DNA from: the human T2T-CHM13v2.0 reference genome, Homo sapiens
Length of the DNA: 64,000 bases
Direction: 5' to 3' (one strand)
NCBI RefSeq assembly: GCF_009914755.1
Contig: NC_060927.1
Part shown: piece by piece, positions 13,887-25,940 of the stretch
How positions within the stretch are numbered: position 1 is the first letter of the stretch
Layout: each line of letters opens with the position of its first letter
Notes under the pieces: generated by a model
Told to the model about the DNA's origin: nothing
The model's database searches: none
Seen by the model: only the letters and a program-made list of their open reading frames with translations
Translations under genes and position numbers: made by a program

Positions 13887-16800
13887 CAGTGGTTCTCAAC
13901 CAAGGGTAATTTTGTCTCCTAAGACACAGTTCACAACTTTTGGAGAAATTTTTGGTTTCCACAACTAGTTCAGCGCTATTAGCATCTAGTGGGTATGCCA
14001 GGGATGCTGCTAAATACCCCACAATGCACAGGACAGCTCCCCACACAACAAGGAATTATCCAACAATGCACAGGACAGCTCCCCACACAACAAGGAATTA
14101 TCCAACAATGCACAGGACAGCTCCCCACACAACAAGGAATTATCCAACAATGCACAGGACAGCTCCCCACACAACAAGGAATTATCCAGCAATGCACAGG
14201 ACAGCTCCCCACACAACAAGGAATTATCCAACAATGCACAGGACAGCTCCCCACACAACAAGGAATTATCCAACAATGCACAGGACAGCTCCCCACACAA
14301 CAAGGAATTATCCAACAATGCACAGGACAGCTCCCCACACAACAAGGAATTATCCAACAATGCACAGGACAGCTCCCCACACAACAAGGAATTATCCAAC
14401 AATGCACAGGACAGCTCCCCACACAGCAAGGAATTATCCAACAATGCATAGGACAGCTCCCCACACAACAAGGAATTATCCAACAATGCACAGGACAGCT
14501 CCCCACACCACCAAGAATTATCCAACAATGCACAGGACAGCTCCCCACACAACAAGGAATTATCCAACAATGCACAGGACAGCTCCCCACACAACCAAGA
14601 ATTATCCAAGAATGCACAGGACAGCTCCCCACACAACAAGGAATTATCCAACAATGCACAGGACAGCTCCCCACACAACAAGGAATTATCCAACAATGCA
14701 CAGGACAGCTCCCCACACAACCAAGAATTATCCAACAATGCACAGGACAGCTCCCCACACAACAAGGAATTATCCAACAATGCACAGGACAGCTCCCCAC
14801 ACAACAAGGAATTATCCAACAATGCACAGGACAGCTCCCCACACAACCAAGAATTATCCAACAATGCACAGGACAGCTCCCCACACAACCAAAAATTATC
14901 CAACAATGCACAGGACAGCTCCCCACACAACAAGGAATTATCCAACAATGCACAGGACAGCTCCCCACACAACAAGGAATTATCCAACAATGCACAGGAC
15001 AGCTCCCCACACAACCAAGAATTATCCAACAATGCACAGGACAGCTCCCCACACAACAAGGAATTATCCAACAATGCACAGGACAGCTCCCCACACAACA
15101 AGGAATTATCCAACAATGCACAGGACAGCTCCCCACACAACAAGGAATTATCCGACAATGCACAGGACAGCTCCCCACACAACAAGGAATTATCCGACAA
15201 TGCACAGGACAGCTCCCCACACAACAAGGAATTATCCGACAATGCACAGGACAGCTCCCCACACAACCAAGAATTATCCGACAATGCACAGGACAGCTCC
15301 CCACGCAACAAGGAATTATCCAACAATGCACAGGACAGCTCCCCACACAACAAGGAATTATCCAACAATGCACAGGACACCTCCCCACACAACAAGGAAT
15401 TATCCAACAATGCACAGGACAGCTCCCCACACCACCAAGAATTATCCAACAATGCACAGGACAGCTCCCCACACAAGCAAGAATTATCCGACAATGCACA
15501 GGACAGCTCCCCACACAACAAGGAATTATCCGACAATGCACAGGACAGCTCCCCACACAACAAGGAATTATCCGACAATGCACAGGACAGCTCCCCACAC
15601 AACAAGGAATTATCCAACAATGCACAGGACAGCTCCCCACACAACAAGGAATTATCCAACAATGCACAGGACAGCTCCCCACACAACAAGGAATTATCCA
15701 ACAATGCACAGGACAGCTCCCCACACAACAAGGAATTATCCAACAATGCACAGGACAGCTCCCCACACAACAAGGAATTATCCAACAATGCACAGGACAG
15801 CTCCCCACACAACAAGGAATTATCCAACAATGCACAGGACAGCTCCCCACACCACCAAGAATTATCCAACAATGCACAGGACAGCTCCCCACACAAGCAA
15901 GAATTATCCGACAATGCACAGGACAGCTCCCCACACAACAAGGAATTATCCGACAATGCACAGGACAGCTCCCCACACAACAAGGAATTATCCGACAATG
16001 CACAGGACAGCTCCCCACACAACAAGGAATTATCCGACAATGCACAGGACAGCTCCCCACACAACAAGGAATTATCCGACAATGCACAGGACAGCTCCCC
16101 ACACAACAAGGAATTATCCAACAATGCACAGGACAGCTCCCCACACAACAAGGAATTATCCAACAATGCACAGGACAGCTCCCCACACAACCAAGAATTA
16201 TCCAACAATGCACAGGACAGCTCCCCACACAACCAAGAATTATCCAACAATGCACAGGACAGCTCCCCACACAACAAGGAATTATCCAACAATGCACAGG
16301 ACAGCTCCCCACACAACAAGGAATTATCCAACAATGCACAGGACAGCTCCCCACACAACAAGGAATTATCCAACAATGCACAGGACAGCTCCCCACACAA
16401 CAAGGAATTATCCAACAATGCACAGGACAGCTCCCCACACAACAAGGAATTATCCAACAATGCACAGGACAGCTCCCCACACAACAAGGAATTATCCAAC
16501 AATGCACAGGACAGCTCCCCACACAACAAGGAATTATCCAACAATGCACAGGACAGCTCCCCACACAGCAAGGAATTATCCAACAATGCACAGGACAGCT
16601 CCCCACACAGCAAGGAATTATCCAACAATGCACAGGACAGCTCCCCACACAACAAGGAATTATCCAACAATGCACAGGACAGCTCCCCACACAACAAGGA
16701 TTTATCCAACAATGCACAGGACAGCTCCCCACACAACAAGGAATTATCCAACAATGCACAGGACAGCTCCCCACACAACAAGGAATTATCCAACATGCAC

Positions 16801-16912
16801 AGGACAGCTCTCCACACAACAAAGAATTATCCAACAATGCACAGGACAGCTCCCCATACAACAAAGAATTATCCAGCCCCAATGCCAACAGCATTGAGGC
16901 TGAGAAACCCTG
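13887..16912 (+). mobile_element. MER20 (hAT-Charlie non-autonomous DNA transposon) hosting the VNTR
   Basis: Starts CAGTGGTTCTCAACC, contains GCATCTAGTGGGTATGCCAGGGATGCTGCTAAA, ends GAGAAACCCTG. 8-bp TSD aattatcc (13879-13886) / gattatcc (16913-16920). Appears inserted in a MIR. Confidence 0.9.
14021..16875. repeat. 42-bp minisatellite (VNTR), 68 copies, consensus ACAATGCACAGGACAGCTCCCCACACAACAAGGAATTATCCA
   Basis: Directly visible. 14-aa periodicity in the ORF track. 2855 bp = 68x42 minus one 1-bp deletion near 16795. Confidence 0.99.
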
Positions 16913-18041
16913 GATTATCCCTTTTTACACATGAGATGAGGGTCTTACAGGTCTTCTAAGTGGTGGAGCCTAGGTTTAATCCCATTTCCGTACTCTTCAG
17001 CACTCACTGTGCTAGTATCCCTCTCAGGCGTATGAATACGTCAAGCCACTTCAGCATGATGGCGTTTAAGTTTTAGCTTGTCTACAAAGCAGCACAATAC
17101 AGTGGTTAAGAGTAGGGTTTTGTCACCAGACTTTCTGGCTTAAATCTGCTCCCATCCCAGCACCACTTAATATGTGTTGTACCTTGGGCAAGTTCAATGA
17201 TGTCTCTGCCTTGGCCTTAGTTTTCTTCTTCTTTTTTTTAATGCTGCCTCAATTACAGAACAGATGCCTAAGTTTTCTTATCTGTGAGACTGAGCTAAGA
17301 ATAATGTTGACCTTATAAATTTGTTGCAAAGATTAAATTAGACATTCATGTAAAGCACTTAGGACCATACCTGAGACATAGTAGCCTTTAGTTATTTTTG
17401 TCTAATTCTTCTTTCCCTGATACAGTGCCCACCATAAATCCCCAGTCATGGTGCTGACCTGGCATGTGAAGCTGGCTGGGAGGAAAGAGATTTTTCTCTC
17501 CCAGCAAAGTAGTAAACAGGCTCTCTCAAGCATTCATCCATCTGGGGAGCTTGGCACACAGGACAGATCCTTTCTCTTAAGTGTCCCAAGGCCAACCCTG
17601 AACCTTGGAAGCCTTCATTTACCATCAGTTTTTCTTTCAAAACTTCTGCAAGGGCATAAAAATGGGGGACTAAATAGGGACCAAATAAGTGAGTCCATGC
17701 TTTGGAAATGATGACCTGAGAGTGTGAGGAAGGGGAGAGCCAGGAGCTGAGTGGCAGCATTGCGGGAGGGCTCTTCCTCCCTTGGTTGGCAGATGGGCGG
17801 GTGTGACTGAGGCTCACCATGGGTGGACTGAGCAGACGCCTGCCCTCACACACAACCCCATGCTTTCAGAAGAAGGCGTCAGACCTCCTTGTATGGGAAC
17901 ATCATCACCTTCACGCTTTGTCTTTAATTTGAGAAGCTTATGTGGAAGGAAACAGCACATTCTTGTGAGAAGATAGGTTTTGGAAAGTCCGGAGTAGACA
18001 GCATGAATCCAGGGTTTCTAAAGTATACCCTCTCCATGCTT

Positions 18042-18160
<119 letters not shown>

Positions 18161-18218
18161 TCATTCTGACAGTAGGAAGAGGAAAAGACTCTGGCTGACT
18201 CCTTGTGATAGAGCAAAC

Positions 18219-20376
18219 CAAGTTGAGTGTTGTATTTACTTTTCTGGATTTATTTTCACAAATATTCAGCTCAGAATGTGCCAGGGAGGGGAGGAACACA
18301 GGAGCTGTATTGGCCACAGCCATGTGCGTCATCCCAGGGGACACTTATGTGAGCCCTGTGGAGCAGGAATTGTTATTCCCATCTTACAGGGGTGACAGCT
18401 TAGCTCAGAAAGCTTGCAGTTTGCTCCACGTTACAAAGCTAGTAAGTAGCAGAGCTGAGATTGGAACCCTCGTCCGTCTAATGGCAATGCTTCCTCTTTT
18501 GCTATTCTGCCTCACAATTAAATGGAGTAGGACCTGATCCCCGACATCGAGAAACTGACGGTGTTGTCAAGAAATAAATATCCCCCCCCCACACACATAA
18601 ATAGAGAACAATAAAAGATAACGTCGGAGGATGAACCCACGAGCGTGGTTTGTGTGGGAGGATGTCTTGATCCTGGGCTCGCAGGGCTGTCCGCTGAACA
18701 TGACAGTTATCCTGGCTTCACAGTAACCTTTCAGAGGTGCTCTGAGTCCTGAACATCGGAGATAGATTCTTTATCTGGGGAGTGACTACATAATTTAACC
18801 ATTTGTTATTTTTTATTTTATCAGACTGGGATCCTTTAGGAGCTGAAAGGGACAGTATGAATAATTAGCCCTAGGACAACAGGCAGAAACCGGGACTGCC
18901 CCAGGCAGTTAAGATGCATGGTGACCCCACTTAATGGCCAAAATACAAGGAAGGCTTGGTGTCTCCGCAGCTTCCTGAAGAGGGAATGAGGGGCAAGGCT
19001 CTGGCCTCGCAGCCAGCTGAGGGAGCGCTTCTCTTTCCACTGTCTGATTCTGGGTCTCTGCTTCCTCATCTGGATAGCAGCCCTAACACCCACTGTATTA
19101 GTTATCTGTTGCTGTGTCACAAATCACATGTCAAAACCTAGTAGCTTAAAACAACATTGATTAGCCCTCATAGTGGGTTGGGGATTCCAGAGTGGTTCTG
19201 GCTCGAGGTCTCTTATGAGACTGCAGTCAGGATGTTGGCTGGGGATGCAGTTGTCTGAAGGCTCCACTGGAGGATCTGCTTCCCTTGTGGCCCCTCGCTT
19301 GGCTGGCTGTTGGCCACAGGCCACAGAGCACTCAGGACCAAGGACTGGAGTGGTGGAACCCTCGTCCTTCATTAACACAAGCAGGGCAGGAGGATGAGGG
19401 TTTGTACCTGCTGTTGGCAGGGGGGCCTCAGTTCTTCAGTTCTTCTCCATATGGGTCCCTCCAACAGGTAGCTCAAGTGTTCCACCATGTAGTGACTGAC
19501 TTTCCCCAATGAAACCATCCAGGAGAGCAAGAACTGGGCAGAAGCTCGCCTTTCCATGACCTCTCAGAAGTCACATAGCATCACTTCTGCCACATTCTGT
19601 TTTTCAAAATCGAGCCACTAAGTCTGGCCTACATTCAAGGGGAGGAGAATCATAGCTCACTGTAACCTTGAACTCTTGGGCTCAAGTAATCCTTCCACCT
19701 CAGCCTCTGGAGTAGCTGGGACTATAGTCACGTGCCACCACGTCCTGCTCATTTTTTAATTTTTCGTAGAGATGGTGTCTTGCTGTGTTGCCCAGGCTGG
19801 CCTCAAACTCCTGGCCTCAAGTGACCCTCCCACCTGAGCCTCTCACAGTGCTAGGATTATAGGTGTGAGCCAGTGCACCTTGCCTAGGCTTCACCTTTCA
19901 AAGGGAGGAGTGTCAAATAATTTGTGAACATATTTTAAAACCACTGTACTTAGGGTCAATGTTCTACACTTATAAGTTAAGTACCATGTGTAAAGTGCCT
20001 GCAGCAGTACCTGGCACCCATTAAAAACAGAATCTTGGCCCTCCAGAGTCCAGCAGCTGCACTTCTGAATGCTGGTGGGCACGGACGGGGTTTGATGTCC
20101 AGTAAGCCTGAGCAGCCCTGCAAATACAGATGAGCCCAAGTCACCTGTACAGTTGGGGCCTGAGGAAGTTAGGTCAGTTCTGAGGCTCCCCCAGATGTGG
20201 GACACTCCTCACGGACAAGTTCAGTGTTGTATTTACTTTTCTGGATTTATTTTCACAAATATTCAGCTTAGAATGTGCCAGGGAGGGGAGGAACATACCT
20301 CCTATGCGGCAGGAGCTGTATTGGGCACAGCCACGAGTGTCATCCCAGGGAACTCATGTGAGCCCTGTGGAGCAGG
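18219..20376. repeat. Local direct duplication 18219-18367 / 20216-20376
   Basis: ~95% identical by manual alignment, plus one 14-bp and one 2-bp indel. Confidence 0.95.
19094..19950. mobile_element. MaLR LTR (MLT1F-like) interrupted by a templated insert (19319-19412) and a tail-less AluJ (19648-19885, minus)
   Basis: tgtattagttatctgttgctgtg..tagcttaaaacaaca start; LTR sequence resumes after the Alu (gggaggagtgtcaaataatttgtgaacatattttaaaaccac). Confidence 0.75.
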
Positions 20377-21258
20377 CTCTGAGCCTCCCCCAGATGTGGG
20401 ACACTCCTCAAGGGTTTCCAGGTGACCACAGAGGGTCCCACCTCAGTGTGGACATTTCCATGTGTCCTCCTGAAACCCTCTGGTGAGCATCCCCACCCAC
20501 CCTTTGGTGTCTGGAGCCATGGTGGCTGGTTGTCCTTCCCACTTAGGGGAACCAGGCCTCAGAACTACAGCTCAGAGGCCTACTCTGTGGGCTGTCCTTT
20601 TTTCTAGGGCCTTGATTAAATTTGCTTCTCTGAACACTGTGAGGTATCTGTACTTGTTTTAACTCTTCTAGTGACAGCAATAGAAAACCTAAATTGGTGT
20701 AGGTAAAAGAGAATGTAGGGTTTTGCAAACTGAAAGTACCTGGGGTTGGCTTCGACCACAGCTTCTGGTTGGACCTCTGGAAGTTGTCATAGTGTCTCTT
20801 TCTCTCTCTCCATCTGTCAGCTTCTCTTCCTCCTTTTGGCTTCGTTCTCAAACAGGCTCTCTGTCCCTTCAGGGTGGCAAAATGGTTGCCAGGCTACAGT
20901 AAATAAATAATCTCATTTCCTAAAAGTTCTTGCAAAAATGTCATAGAGTCTGATTGGTCCAATTGAGTTAAGCCTGGGTCGCATGCCCACCTCCTAACGG
21001 GTTGGGAGTGAGGTGGAGTGGGGAGGGGATGGCTCCCCAGAGGGAAGGGTAGATGGATGTGGGTGGCAAGAAACATGTCTGCCATGGTATTGTTATCCTC
21101 ATTTACCAATGAAGTGTTGGCACTCAGAGCAGGCAAGTAGCTTGGCCAGAGTCTCACAGATAATAGCAGGTGCAGACCGTCATCCTCCTGCCCCACTAGT
21201 GTTGATGAAGGACGAGGGTCTCACCTTTCCAGTCCTTGGTCCTGAGTGCTCTGTGGCC
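19319..21258. repeat. Local inverted duplication 19319-19412 / 21165-21258
   Basis: 83/94 ungapped identity; also visible in the ORF track (MKDEG..PVLGPECSVA on opposite strands). Confidence 0.95.
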
Positions 21259-22810
21259 ATCTTCCACTTAAAGCTCTAGGACAGACCAGCAGCTCTGGAA
21301 GTGACTGGATTAAAACCCCACCAACTGAAGACAGTGGCGTGGGATGATGGCTCGCTGATGGGAGACAGAATTTCTGTCTCTCCTGTCAGAAGCCCTTTGA
21401 AGAACTCAGCTGTCTGGACAACAAAAGTGGGAGCTTTTGTTGTCTAGAAGTTCATGTGACCTTTCCTTTCACCTTTTAGTGCTGCCTAAGTGTAAGATTT
21501 AAGCACAGCATTCTTTTCCCATGTGTCATTTTTCAGCAGTTAAAAATCCATCAGCTGAGGCCACACAAAGTTGGCACTCCCTCCTCCACCAACCCTCAGC
21601 TAAAAGGTTCAGTGGAAGGGACTGATGCTGTCTCCAGATGCAGACTGGGGCCATGGATTGAGCCACAGAGGGAGGAGGGAGGAGGGTCTCAAATTAAAAA
21701 GACAAGAAACAAACAATCTCCCCAAATAAGCAGAAAGTCTGAGCGTGGAACTGAGCTGGTTGGAGCTGGGGAGGGGGTGCGGGAGGTACTTTCAGCACTC
21801 CCTCGTGAGATCATGGAACAGGGCAGGAAATCTGAACCTGCTGCCAAAGAAAACTCGCTTTGCCTTTTGTAAAAAGCCTGTCGAGCTTTCTTCACAAGGG
21901 AGCTGCTGGTGGGGACTCACAAATGGGCATGCTGCCTGCCAGCAAGGGTCTCCTGGCCAGCCCTAAAGGCCCGGGCTGCTCTGCTTACAGCCACACGGCT
22001 GTTTCTGAGCTGAGGATGACCCTCCAGGTGGCTGAGATTCCCTCCAATCTTTTTATTTCTGGTTGGGAAACCCTACACAGACCAGTGTCTGTCTCACGGT
22101 TTAAAAGGCTGCATGCAAAACATTTCCTCCCCTGGTAGAAATGCTGCATTGAGCCACAGCCCTCCCTCTGCAGCCTGTGCAGTGTCAAGGGGACAGTGGC
22201 TGCATGATGATGTGCCTAGCAGGGTGTCCCCCATCAGGACAGTCACAGGGGTGGAACAAATGCAGGAGCCATGGAGCCAAACTGAACTGGGTTGGAATCC
22301 CAGTTTCAGCCACTTAATAGTTACATGGATATTGCCAAGTAGCCTGAGTTCTCAGAGGCTTGATATCCTCATCTGTAAGGTGGGAAGTATAAGACCTACC
22401 TCACGGTGTCAGTGTTAAATAAGACAGGGCAAAATGATGAAGGTACTCTGTAAATGTATGTCCATTCCTTCCTCCTCCTCTGGGTTCCTTTTCAGCACTT
22501 CCTCACCACAGCACCATTCTTAAGTTTTCTAGCCTCATTTATTTTAGAAGGGGAACTGGAGGCAGCTTGGAGGGAGGTAACATCTGGATGTCGCAGTGAC
22601 AGCTGGTGGCTGGTGAGGAGTCCACAGGTCAGGGGCAACGGGCCCTGCAGACTTCTCAGCATCCCCTGCTCAGAAGGGGCTCTCAGAGTCCATGGGCTCA
22701 GCAGGCTGATTCTTCCCCTCTCCTATGAGACCATCCTCCATGTGGGTCCCATCCAGGAAGCTGCTTCCCTCCCAAGGGAAGGAAGCCACCAGTGTTTCTA
22801 GAATCTACAT

Positions 22811-22992
22811 CAGTGCCACTCAAAGCGTGGTCTCCTGACCACTAGCATCCACACCAGCTGGGGCCTGGTCAGAAAAACAACCGTGGGCTCCTCCCCAGAC
22901 CTATTGAGTCAAACTCTGGGGGTAGTCCCAGCAGTCTGTGTTTTAGCAAGCCTCCATGACTCGAATGTGTGCCACAGTTGGAGAGCCACTGT
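22811..22992. mobile_element. MER5A (other MER5 copies at ~26730-27200, 28216-28340, 39240-39585, 47086-47262, 58100-58292)
   Basis: cagtg..ctcaaagcgtggtc...ccccagacctattgagtcaaactctggggg...gagagccactg with hAT-type ends. Confidence 0.75.
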
Positions 22993-24054
22993 GCTACGGG
23001 CAGGTTATCCCAGAGCAAAGGAAGGAAAACCTCCTCTGCACAATGCACTCTGAAGGCCCCACTGAATACGGGCATCTGTGAGGCAGCATGGGACCTGATC
23101 ACTCTACCATATATAGCTGTTGTGTGACCTTGGAAAGTTCCCTCACCCTCTCTGGGTCTCTGTGTCCTCATCTGCAAAATGGAACAATCATAATACTGGA
23201 TTGAGGATGAGAAGCATCAATCTGTTCATCCTAGCAAAATGTTTAGCAAAATGCCACGTGTTCAGAGCTCAGGACAGGTTAGCTCCATCCTGTTAATGTT
23301 GAGGCAGCCCACCCAGGTTAAGGGTCTCATTCTGAGAGTGGCTTTGGACAGCTTGAGAATCTACAACTGTAGGTGACAGAGCAAAGAAAACTCTTGAAAA
23401 GTTTCTCTTAGAGCCTAATAGCAATAACCATTACCATGGTGGCAGCCACCAGAGTAACTCATTATATCATTCCAGCAACGCTGTGGGTTAGGAGTTACTA
23501 TCTGTATTTTTACAGGGAGGTACTTAAGGCACCACTTGATAAGTGGTAGAGCCAAGTCAGTTTGAAAAAAACATAATCATTGTGCAATGACAATTTGAGA
23601 CATTTTCAGGGTCCCAGTTCCATCCCCTAGGAATCTGTAAAGAGGAGAGTGGCTTCAACCTGCTGTTCAGGGCCTCTGCCCTCATTCCCTGGAGGCTGGT
23701 TTGGACAGTGTGAGAGGCATCCTTCCCAAAGCAGACAAAGAGAAAACACATGGGAATGGTAATTAAATGAGTCCATGTTTAAGGGGCACTTAAGTGGATT
23801 AAAATCAATATGTAGTCACATAAGTCTGCTAAGCCATCCTTAATGTTTGGCGGGTGGATTTCTTTGTTTAAAAAATCCTGGTTTGCTTGAAACTGGCTGC
23901 CCCATTGAAGCATGAGATAGGACGAGAGATTCCCAGGACCTGGAAGACCACTTGCTCAGAGTCTGAAATGTTTACACTGCCTCTGACTGGCATCTCTATA
24001 CCAGAAAGGAGAAGAGGGGGACTAGATGTTTTTGTGTGGTAGTCTCTTTCCTGC

Positions 24055-24440
24055 TATCTTAGGCTGAGTTCCCTAAAACAAAATCCTGAGATGAGACATC
24101 ATGTAAAAATAATTTGTTAGGAAGTGTTCTCAGGGGAATGGGAAGTAGAGCTTCAAAGGGAAGGAGGCCAAACAAGGATGTGATATCAAGCAAAGTCCCC
24201 AGGAGACAGAAAGAAGGTGGGTGACTTTGGCACCGTCTAAAGTATAGGTCACATCTCACTGTCCCAATCAGGGACAAAAGAGCATGGCTGAGGATTCCCC
24301 CAAGGGGATGTGAATTCTCAAGCACTTCCATCTCTCCATGTTCATGCAAAGAAGGTGCCAGGAGCCCCGTGGCCATCCTCCCACAAAAGACACACAGGTG
24401 GTGGCATCTGGGGGGTCAATGTGCATGGTTGTGCATGGTA
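24055..24440. mobile_element. MaLR LTR (MLT1K-like); related copies at ~11755-12120 and ~36963-37315
   Basis: tatcttaggctgagttccctaaaacaaaatcctgagatgag start. Confidence 0.6.
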
Positions 24441-25574
24441 GAGACCCCTGGATGGAGCTCCATGATGTGGGATTTACATCCCGCCCATACTCTGCTGTGA
24501 GAGAGATGGTATGCAGCCAGTCCAGCCATCTGAAGCAGAACGAAAAAATGGTATGGAAAGCAAGGCACCTGAAAAAATTTTCAAAGGGAGAAAAAGAATG
24601 AGCAAAACTATCCTGTAGAGGAGAGAGACATTGAAAATGACATATACAGACACAGAAAAGGTTGCTCAGTCAACAACTTCTGCAGGCTCAAAGCATGGGA
24701 AGTAATCAGTAAATGGCCAATTTATCTCTCCCTCACAGCCAAGCCAACTCCTAACATAATTGGAAGTTTAATATATTCCAACAAGTTCAGAACAAGCATA
24801 CTAGATCTTAAGGCAATCTCATGGCCCTGCAGCTCATCCTTTTTTTCAAAGAAATTAATTTTCAAAAAATGACTCTATTGAGATTGAATTTAGATCTTAT
24901 CCATTGCCATAACCAAAAGCAACCCTTACTATTTGTGTGTGCAAGTCGTTTTAAACAGCTGGCCCATTAACTGAAAAATGTCAAAAACAAATATAGGAGA
25001 AAAGTAAGATAATCTTGGAAGGCAAAGCCTGTCTCCCTATATTGTTCTTAAAAATACAAAAGGGACACATAACTTCATCATTTAATTATATTAGGAGGTC
25101 CGTCATTCAGTGCTCTTGTAAAACTGTCTTGCCCTTGTTCTAATTGCGTATTGATCACCGAGGTTCTTGGCATCGGGCTTTTCTTTGATGTGTGCATGAT
25201 CAGAACACACTAAGAGACAGCCTGTGTGCTCCTTCCTGTCCTCGTGGGCATTTCCTAAAGCTTCAGCCCTAAGCTGGTATATGTTTCTCTGTTACATCAA
25301 CTGCCAAGGCAATTACTTTACATCTGATATTTAATGGAAAAGCTTCTGAGGACAGGGCTATACTCACATACCTCCACACCTGGCACAGTAGATGAGCTCA
25401 CTATCTGTTGAATAAGTTCGTGACAGAACAGAAGTTCTACTGCAGCCACAAAGGCCTATTCACAGTCTTTAAGCCTGATGAAGTTCTGAATAAGTAAACC
25501 CTTAGCTACATCAGGCAGTTTATGAATGGTGTTTTTTGTTACTGTCATTTGTAATAGCTTTTGACCTATGTGTT

Positions 25575-25940
25575 TGTATTAGTCCGTTTTCACACTGCTA
25601 TAACGAACTACCCGAGACTGGGCAATTTATGAAGAAAGAGGTTTAACTGATTGACAGTTCCACAGGCTTCACAGGAAGCACGACTAGGAGGCCTCAGGAA
25701 ACTTACAATCACGGCAGAAGGTGAACGGAAGCAAGAACCTTCTTCACATGGTGGCAGGAGAGAAGGGGGCTGGTGGGGGAGTGCCACACACTTTTAAACC
25801 TTCAGATCTCATGAGAACTCACTCACTATCACAAGAACAATAAGGGGAAAATCCACCTCCATGATCCAGTCACCTTCCACCAGATCCCTCCTTAAATTCA
25901 ACATGAGATTTGGGTAGGGACACAAATCCAGACCATATCA
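25575..25940. mobile_element. THE1D-like solo LTR
   Basis: tgtattagtccgttttcacactgctat...gaggcctcaggaaacttacaatc...gagatttgggtagggacacaaatccagaccatatca; TG..CA ends; 5-bp TSD gtgtt/gtgtg. Confidence 0.9.

Noticed and set aside
14021-16875. CRISPR-like array
   Set aside because: Head-to-tail repeats with no unique spacers, no cas genes, and a mammalian context.
13940-16934. Four ORFs of 935-985 aa (TMHRTAPHTTRNYP, QQCTGQLPTQQGII, Cys-rich CWIIPCCVGSCPVH, LLDNSLLCGELSCA repeats)
   Set aside because: The consensus 42-bp unit is a multiple of 3 and stop-free in five of six frames, so long overlapping ORFs on both strands arise automatically. The unit is non-coding MER20 sequence in an intron, with no promoter or splice evidence.
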